Shown one piece after another: positions 8,038 to 14,560 of a DNA stretch of 20,000 nucleotides. Position 1 is the first letter of the stretch, and the number at the start of each line of letters is the position of its first letter. The notes beneath the pieces are model-generated. The model searched no databases. It had not been told where the DNA came from and was given only the letters and a program-made list of their open reading frames with translations. The DNA comes from an uncultured virus (IMG/VR IMGVR_UViG_3300021138_000020) (Duplodnaviria; Heunggongvirae; Uroviricota; Caudoviricetes), in IMG/VR virus record IMGVR_UViG_3300021138_000020; one strand, 5' to 3'. The translations under genes and the position numbers were made by a program.

Positions 8038-8219
8038 ACTCAAGGCAATATGAAAAAATGATGAGAGATGTATTAAATGAAGCTTTGGAACAAGCAGGTA
8101 TTAGCATTGCAGATTGTAATGGTATTAGTTTAAGTGCAGATAGAACGGAATATGAACTTAACTTAAAAGACGGTTCGACTACAATAATACCTAGCGGATT
8201 GCCCTATCTTGAGGATTGA
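8034..8219 (+). CDS. Small hypothetical protein (61 aa)
   Basis: ATGA start/stop overlap with the endonuclease and AAGGA upstream. It fills the gap up to the next promoter motif. Confidence 0.6.
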   Translation: MNSRQYEKMMRDVLNEALEQAGISIADCNGISLSADRTEYELNLKDGSTTIIPSGLPYLED

Positions 8220-8220
8220 C

Positions 8221-8226
8221 TAAATA
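8221..8226 (+). promoter_or_regulatory. TAAATA late-promoter-like motif
   Basis: CTAAATA at the start of the intergenic region before 8313. Confidence 0.6.
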
Positions 8227-8228
8227 AC

Positions 8229-8288
8229 ACTGTTCGCTCTTAACGGAGAGTTTATGCAGAAATCCAACTGCGTAGATCATAGAACGGT
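8229..8288 (+). ncRNA. Candidate structured cis-regulatory RNA (three-way junction) in the 5' leader of 8313..9212
   Basis: P1 is ACUGUUC (8229-8235) with GAACGGU (8282-8288). P2 is CUCUU (8237-8241) with GAGAG (8246-8250). P3 is UUUAUGCAG (8251-8259) with CUGCGUAGA (8268-8276). Four of the pairs are G-U. Confidence 0.6.
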
Positions 8289-8312
8289 CTTAAACATTAA
8301 GGAGAAAACAAA

Positions 8313-9212
8313 ATGGGACGTCCTCTAAAAGCAAGATATTTCGTAAAAAGCGGTGCTAAAGACACTAGCTATGCAGTAAAATATGAAGGTGTTACAATTG
8401 CGGTATCAAACACAGGTTCGCACTATTCACAAGCTGCTACTATTGTAATTTCTGGTCCAGACGCATCTGGTGATAGTGTAAATGCCACAGCTTCTATTAC
8501 TATTGCTTCGCCTACTGCCAACGGCGGCATTACTGGTGCTACAATCACTAATCCAGGTGCTGGTTATTCTAGCAATCCTACAGTTAGTATTATTAAACCT
8601 GCTACTGTAAACTTTGCCGGAGCTACCTCTGGTGTCAATACAAGAAATACATTTACTGTATCAACAACTGCCGGACTTAGTGTAGGTATGTTGATTTCTG
8701 GTGCTGCAACTGGTATCAGCGGTTATATTACTGCTATCAACGGCAACATCATTTCTTCTACACAAAACAACAACGGTTCTTGGTCTAGTGCAACTAACCT
8801 AGTATTCAGCGATGCTGGTACTGGTGCAGTATTCGCAACTGGTCTAACACACTTAGAAACTGATGTTGGAACAATTGCTGCTACAGCTTATTTGTCAACA
8901 GGCAGCAGCGCAACGGCATCTGCTATCCTTAAACAACACGGTGCTCGTAGCTATCTAGTAGAAAGCGATCAAGGTCGCGGTGTTGTTAAATTAACTACTT
9001 CTACAGTCGTAGCTGGCACAATGCAAATTGTTGCCAAAGATGGCAATGGTAATAGCTATACAGTTCAAAAGCTAACAGGCAAAAAAGCCAGCCTATGGCG
9101 CAAAACACAAAACGGTGCTAACGCTTGGTTATTTGCCAATGACTCAGTTGCTGGTTGGGTTCTAGGATGGGCTAATGCTACCTCTACCAAAGTTGGTATT
9201 CAATCTAATTAA
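8313..9212 (+). CDS. Putative virion structural protein (possible head decoration or appendage)
   Basis: 299 aa, S/T/G/A-rich and beta-type, with TGSHY...ITNPGAGYSSNPTVSI motifs of the kind seen in T4-like virion proteins. It has an AAGGAG RBS and its own promoter motif and terminator. Confidence 0.65.
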   Translation: MGRPLKARYFVKSGAKDTSYAVKYEGVTIAVSNTGSHYSQAATIVISGPDASGDSVNATASITIASPTANGGITGATITNPGAGYSSNPTVSIIKPATVNFAGATSGVNTRNTFTVSTTAGLSVGMLISGAATGISGYITAINGNIISSTQNNNGSWSSATNLVFSDAGTGAVFATGLTHLETDVGTIAATAYLSTGSSATASAILKQHGARSYLVESDQGRGVVKLTTSTVVAGTMQIVAKDGNGNSYTVQKLTGKKASLWRKTQNGANAWLFANDSVAGWVLGWANATSTKVGIQSN

Positions 9213-9233
9213 TTAGATTTTACTGCTAATTAG

Positions 9234-9258
9234 AAAGGACTCTTCGGAGTCCTTTTTT
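9234..9258 (+). terminator. Intrinsic terminator
   Basis: AAAGGACTC-TTCG-GAGTCCTTT stem with a UUCG loop, ending in a run of six Ts. Confidence 0.9.
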
Positions 9259-9285
9259 GTTTTATCTACATATAAAAAATTATGG

Positions 9286-9291
9286 TAAATA
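9286..9291 (+). promoter_or_regulatory. TAAATA late-promoter-like motif
   Basis: GTAAATA lies 4 nt before ATG 9296, directly downstream of a terminator. Confidence 0.6.
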
Positions 9292-9295
9292 TAGG

Positions 9296-9799
9296 ATGAC
9301 CACTCCTACCATTGTATCTCAATATGCAGAAGATTCGTCTCACATTGAGTGGAATAACAATATAACTGATTTAAAATATAGTGCAGGTGTTATAGGAGTT
9401 AGCACCGTTAAGCCTTTATTGCATATTAGTCGCCAACCAAGAAATGACATTACCATGCAGACTTGGTATATAAAGGCCACAGGATTTAATTTTACCAATC
9501 TCCCTCAACAAATTTCCGGCATCACTGTAACCATTGCCATGGAAAGACATGGTAGAGTCACAGATGATACTGTTCAATTGTGTTATCAGGATGAACCCAT
9601 TGGCGAGAATCTTGCATTTTTAACTTGGGATCCTACTACAGTTTATGGCGGAGTTACTAATACCTGGAAGGTTAAGAACCTATCTGCAGCAATGGTTCAA
9701 GATTCTAGCTTTGGTTTACTGTTAAGATATCAAAGCCATCCTCGTTGGCCGCACAGCACTGTTCCTATCATTAGGTCGATTGATATGCAGGTAAGCTGA
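9296..9799 (+). CDS. Hypothetical protein (beta-rich, possibly structural)
   Basis: The ORF-track start at 9257 is a TTG inside the terminator T-tract. ATG 9296 (MTTPTIVSQY) after TAAATA is more plausible, giving 167 aa. Confidence 0.65.
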   Translation: MTTPTIVSQYAEDSSHIEWNNNITDLKYSAGVIGVSTVKPLLHISRQPRNDITMQTWYIKATGFNFTNLPQQISGITVTIAMERHGRVTDDTVQLCYQDEPIGENLAFLTWDPTTVYGGVTNTWKVKNLSAAMVQDSSFGLLLRYQSHPRWPHSTVPIIRSIDMQVS

Positions 9800-9804
9800 A
9801 CCAA

Positions 9805-9810
9805 TAAATA
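9805..9810 (+). promoter_or_regulatory. TAAATA late-promoter-like motif for the fibre operon
   Basis: AATAAATA is followed by AAGGA and ATG 9830. Confidence 0.6.
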
Positions 9811-9829
9811 CTCTAAAGGAATGTAATAA

Positions 9830-12800
9830 ATGTCAGGAACACGGGTATCAGGCACAAGAATAATCCCCCCAAGTGCACAGAATGGACAAGGATCTAGCAA
9901 TCAGTCTATTCAGTCGCCTTACGGAAATATTCAACTAGTTACTAGTGCAACTGGTCATTTAGTAGTCAGTAATTCATTCACCACTGTAGGTACCACAGGT
10001 AATACAAATCCCAATGTTGGTAGTTCTTGCAGTCCACAGGGTCAAGACCCTATGGGTATTGATCAAGGAACTTACTACAGTACCACCGCTCAACGTCAAA
10101 TGGCGCAGGCCTATTTTGGCGGCGGAGTTGGTGTTGAAAAAGATCTAGCTGTAGGTGGATACATCTACGGACGTCTTGCTCGTGCTACCAACGGTGGTAT
10201 TAGTACTGCTACTGATTCTATATTTGTTTACTCTACAAGTAGCAATCAAGACTACTATATTTCATTCACTGATAGTTTAAACAGTGATGCTTATCTTTGG
10301 GGTAATGCTGCATTAACTTATAATGCAGCTACAGGCAGATTAACTGCATCGAAAGTTTTAATATCATCAACTACTGCTACGACTAGCACAGACAGTGGTG
10401 CACTAGTAGTAGATGGCGGTGTTGGCATAGGCGGAGATATTACTCTAGGCGGTGTATTGTATGCAGGGGAAACTTTTGCCGATGATTATCTAACCACAGT
10501 CTATGAAAACTTCTTAAAACTACCTGCTAGCTCGGGCAATGTAGCCATAGGTGCAGGCACAACTGATGTATTCGGTGACCTTCGTGTTCGTGGTAAGAAT
10601 CCAATTGGTACTGCACCGGTTGTAACTAATATCTTATACGTTACCATGGACGGTGATGATACCAACGATGGGCGTGCACAAGATCCTAGTCGTGCTTGCC
10701 GCACTATCAGTGGCGCTATTCGCAGTCCGTTCTATCAATCAGGTACACAGATTAAAGTTAGTCCTGGAAAATATCTAGAAAATAATCCTATTCTATTAAA
10801 GCCCTATACCAGTGTAGTAGGTAGCGACTTAAGAACAACCAGCATTGAGCCAATTAATAAGACACAGGATTTATTCCATTTAACATCTGGCTGCTATCTC
10901 AGCAACATGCAGTTCTTAAATGGCCGCAGTGGCCTACTACCGGGTCGCTATGACACTGGTTATAACCGTGGTGCGTATGCAACGGCATTTCCTATCAGCA
11001 TCAGTACTGATACCAGTACATTAATTGACATTTATCACAGTCCCTACATACAAAACTGTACCAACCTAACTGGACCTTGGTTAAAAGATGGTACATTGTT
11101 TGTACCTAATCAAACAGTTCAACTACCACTGGCCGTAGGAACAGGTACATGGATTGCAAATACCAGTAGCATTGTAATTACAACTTCTTCTGGTCAACTC
11201 ACAGTGGGCATGACCATTAACCAAGGACAGCAAAATCCCGGATTCTTTAATGCTCGTACATTGTTATTGGCCAATAAAAAGTTCCTACAAGAACAAATTA
11301 TTGCTTGGATCAGCACTACCTATCCTAGTTTTGTTTATAACACTGCCTACTGCTATAGAGATGTTGGCATTATTGTAGAAAATGTTGCCTATGATGCTGC
11401 CTTCGGTGGCAATGCAAATAGTGTTGCTTCCGGACTGGCCTACTGGCGCGGTACTACCAGTGTAATTCAAGGTGAAACTACACAAACTGTTGCAGCAATA
11501 AATCAACTGCTAACATGGTGTTTAGACATTATTGCAAATACATCTACAGGATTATCTGCAATAACCGCTGCACAGGTTATTAACACAGCATTAACTGGAG
11601 GCGGTGTTGCTACTAGCTCAATAACTGCTTTGTTTGGTATCATTACCAGCATCATTACCACAGGCCCTAGTGCTGCTCCTGATGTTTATAATGGCGCTGG
11701 GCCCGATGCTGCCTATGTTAGTGCAGAAGTTTTACTACAATCTAATCGTAGTTTTATTCAAGATCAGGTTGTTAGTTATATTAACAACAAGTATCCTACA
11801 TTTACCTACAACACCACTGCTTGTTTTAGAGATGTTGGATTAATTGTTGACGCCGTTAGTCAAGATATACTACTAGGTGGCAATCGACGTAGTGTTGAAG
11901 CAGGTCTAGCTTATTGGAACTACGGTGTTAATGCTGTGGCTACCGAAATAACAACTACTACTGACGCTATTTCTTACGCTAGAGATATTTCTTTAGAAAT
12001 TATTGGTAATGTCGAAGCTTCCTTAGCTCCCGGATCTACTAGTTCTCAGGTACTTAACACATTCTATCAGTACGGAAGTGCTTATATTCCTAGACAAGCA
12101 GTTGCTCGCAATTACGATATTATCACCTCTATTATAAACAACGGTCCTAGTGCCGCTCCTATAGTATATGAAGGTAGTAGTTTGTTTGCTGCCACAGGTG
12201 TTAATGCTGCTGATACTAGAGTTGCGACTACAGTTACTAGTGTTACTACACAAAGCTCGGGCGTTTACAGAATTGGCTTGAGCACTCCTACAATAGGTTC
12301 AGGAACAAATGCAACTTTGTATTTTGGCAATACCTATGGATGGCCTTTACAAGACAGCGATATGGATGCTCTTAGCTATTCTGTAACTGGAAATACCAGC
12401 ACATGGGCAAGCCGCAAGGTAGATCCAATTGGTGGTATGGGCGGAAGTCTAGTTGACGGTGCACAGGTTAGTGCCCGCAGTCCTGTACAATCTTTTGTTT
12501 ATGATGCATTTACACAATTATCACAAGGCGGCATCGGTGTTCGTGTTACTAACAATGGATATGCACAATTAGTTTCTGTGTTTACCATCTTCTGCGATAC
12601 TGCTGTACAGGTAGACAACGGTGGTATTGTTAGTATTACAAATAGTAATAGTAATTTTGGTAGATTAGCGCTGGTCGCTAACGGATATGGACCACGTAAG
12701 TTTAGTGGAACTGTTTATAATCCTGCTAATCGTGCATATCCTTTTAGTCCCGGATTGTTGGATCCGTATTATCCTAATGGCTTTTGGCCGTCGAAGGGTA

Positions 12801-14155
12801 GTCTAGTAGAAATTTTTACACCAGATTTAATCAATAGGCCACATATAAGTTTGATCATGGAGATTGTTCCTCCTACAACCTACATCAATAAAGCAGGATT
12901 ACCGGGATTTTTAAATGCACAACCTAGCACAAGTACATTTACTACGGGTACTGTTACTATTACCGGCCTAAGTACAAACGGTGTCTATGTAGGAAACAGC
13001 GTTTATATTACTGACGGTTTAGGTTCTCAAACAGACAGCAATGGCGTATTATATGCTGCAACTGGTACTACTGTAATCGATGTACAATATAATTCAATTA
13101 CATTAAATCAAGCGTTAACCAGCGGTGGGTCTTCTAATGACCCTACATATTTTACCATGTATGTAAGCGGTAATGCCTATTATACTGTACTGACCAGTGA
13201 AGTTGCAGCACAGCCGTATGCACCTGGTACTAATATCTTGGCAGCAAATACAGATCCTAACTTCCAAGGACCTTCAGTAAGCCAAATTGCTGCACATTTA
13301 GATGTACTGACCTACATGAACACACTAGTATCGGCTGTAGTTTCTAACACTACATTTACTACTAGTGCTGGAACAACCTCAACACAGGTTAAAGATACTA
13401 ATCGTACCCACGGTTCATCTGCAACAACTTTTATTAGCAACGAGTTTACTACAATAAAAAATATTGTAGGGGCAGCTAATTTAACAGCAGCACAAGCTGT
13501 AGTACCGCAAGCATCTATTACTACTAGTGGTCCTGATGTGCCCGGGGCTGGAGATGCAATTGTATTAATAGAAAAAAATATTAATTTTATAAGTGATGAA
13601 ATTTATCATTACATTTTAGATACTTCGGCAGATAACACAGCATTAAATGCCAGCACCAGTAGCTATCAGTATAATAAATGTGCTCGTGATGTTGCACTGA
13701 TTCTGCAACAGCTTATCTATGATTTACAGTCTGGCGGAAATTATAATGCTGTCTATTCGGGATTGAGCTATTGGAGTCGTCCTGGCACATATCATATTGT
13801 AGAATTAGAAGAATATGTAACAGACAACAACCTATTCCCCGATGGCGCAACAGTAAACTTCTATCAACGTAGTTACATTAGTGCCAGCGGATACTTGTTT
13901 GAATATGTCGGAGCAGGCAGCAACTACGGTGCACTACCTCAGAACGGTGTTGCTGATCCTATACAAGCACAAGAAACTGTTGCACTCAACGGCGGCAAAG
14001 TATTCTTTACATCAACAGACCAAAACGGTGACTTCCGCATTGGTCCTGAATTAGTTATCAGTCAAGCCAACGGTGTGATATCTGGTAGAGCATTTACACA
14101 ATCATTGTTTGCAAACATGACACCGTTTATTCTAGCCATCGAAGGCGGATCTTAA
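9830..14155 (+). CDS. Large virion structural or tailspike-like protein with a probable beta-helix (pectin-lyase-like) region
   Basis: 1441 aa. It has a beta-helix cap-like motif ILYVTMDGDDTNDG...CRTISGAI...IKVSPGKYLENNP and SPYIQNCT. There are three helical CxRDV...D...GGN...GLxYW repeats and a C-terminal VFFTSTDQNGDFRIG...GRAFTQSLFANMTPFILAIE. Confidence 0.75.
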   Translation: MSGTRVSGTRIIPPSAQNGQGSSNQSIQSPYGNIQLVTSATGHLVVSNSFTTVGTTGNTNPNVGSSCSPQGQDPMGIDQGTYYSTTAQRQMAQAYFGGGVGVEKDLAVGGYIYGRLARATNGGISTATDSIFVYSTSSNQDYYISFTDSLNSDAYLWGNAALTYNAATGRLTASKVLISSTTATTSTDSGALVVDGGVGIGGDITLGGVLYAGETFADDYLTTVYENFLKLPASSGNVAIGAGTTDVFGDLRVRGKNPIGTAPVVTNILYVTMDGDDTNDGRAQDPSRACRTISGAIRSPFYQSGTQIKVSPGKYLENNPILLKPYTSVVGSDLRTTSIEPINKTQDLFHLTSGCYLSNMQFLNGRSGLLPGRYDTGYNRGAYATAFPISISTDTSTLIDIYHSPYIQNCTNLTGPWLKDGTLFVPNQTVQLPLAVGTGTWIANTSSIVITTSSGQLTVGMTINQGQQNPGFFNARTLLLANKKFLQEQIIAWISTTYPSFVYNTAYCYRDVGIIVENVAYDAAFGGNANSVASGLAYWRGTTSVIQGETTQTVAAINQLLTWCLDIIANTSTGLSAITAAQVINTALTGGGVATSSITALFGIITSIITTGPSAAPDVYNGAGPDAAYVSAEVLLQSNRSFIQDQVVSYINNKYPTFTYNTTACFRDVGLIVDAVSQDILLGGNRRSVEAGLAYWNYGVNAVATEITTTTDAISYARDISLEIIGNVEASLAPGSTSSQVLNTFYQYGSAYIPRQAVARNYDIITSIINNGPSAAPIVYEGSSLFAATGVNAADTRVATTVTSVTTQSSGVYRIGLSTPTIGSGTNATLYFGNTYGWPLQDSDMDALSYSVTGNTSTWASRKVDPIGGMGGSLVDGAQVSARSPVQSFVYDAFTQLSQGGIGVRVTNNGYAQLVSVFTIFCDTAVQVDNGGIVSITNSNSNFGRLALVANGYGPRKFSGTVYNPANRAYPFSPGLLDPYYPNGFWPSKGSLVEIFTPDLINRPHISLIMEIVPPTTYINKAGLPGFLNAQPSTSTFTTGTVTITGLSTNGVYVGNSVYITDGLGSQTDSNGVLYAATGTTVIDVQYNSITLNQALTSGGSSNDPTYFTMYVSGNAYYTVLTSEVAAQPYAPGTNILAANTDPNFQGPSVSQIAAHLDVLTYMNTLVSAVVSNTTFTTSAGTTSTQVKDTNRTHGSSATTFISNEFTTIKNIVGAANLTAAQAVVPQASITTSGPDVPGAGDAIVLIEKNINFISDEIYHYILDTSADNTALNASTSSYQYNKCARDVALILQQLIYDLQSGGNYNAVYSGLSYWSRPGTYHIVELEEYVTDNNLFPDGATVNFYQRSYISASGYLFEYVGAGSNYGALPQNGVADPIQAQETVALNGGKVFFTSTDQNGDFRIGPELVISQANGVISGRAFTQSLFANMTPFILAIEGGS

Positions 14156-14164
14156 GGACATAAC

Positions 14165-14548
14165 ATGGCATCACTACCATTAAATACATTCAAAACTAAA
14201 ACTGCAATGTTGACAACAACAACTACAGCTACAGTTTATACTGCGCCGATTGGTGTTACTTCAATTATTCTCATGGCCCAGGTTGCAAATTTAGACACAG
14301 CAACTCACTATGTTACCTTTGTTCATCATAGAAATTTACCAGTTCTACCAGATGCTCAAGGTAATGGCTCGCAACAGGGAAATACTGATAGTGTATTAGT
14401 CAAGCACTATGGAGTTCCTAGCAACGATGCTGGCATTCCTATATCGGGAAAGTTAATTGTAGAAAGTTTAGATAGTATTAGAGCCTATGCAGACTCAACA
14501 GGCACCATGCAATTAGTGTTAAGTATTTTAGAAACTGCAAATTCATAA
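14165..14548 (+). CDS. Small virion-associated protein (possible partner or chaperone of the preceding protein)
   Basis: 127 aa, beta-rich (NTFKT...VYTAP...IILMAQVAN...GKLIVE...LSILET). It has an AAGGA RBS and starts 9 nt after the previous stop. Confidence 0.7.
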   Translation: MASLPLNTFKTKTAMLTTTTTATVYTAPIGVTSIILMAQVANLDTATHYVTFVHHRNLPVLPDAQGNGSQQGNTDSVLVKHYGVPSNDAGIPISGKLIVESLDSIRAYADSTGTMQLVLSILETANS

Positions 14549-14560
14549 TAGGAAACGGGA

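Noticed and set aside
8229..8288. tRNA or terminator interpretation of the structured leader
   Set aside because: It has only two internal arms, no T-loop or CCA end, and no U-tract after the stems.
7137..8312. Group I intron or intein housing the endonuclease
   Set aside because: Gene 23 appears complete, with a stop codon and terminator before the endonuclease. I recognised no split gene or intron core elements, so the endonuclease is free-standing.
9257..9295. TTG start for ORF 9257..9799
   Set aside because: It lies in the terminator T-tract, upstream of the TAAATA motif. ATG 9296 is preferred.
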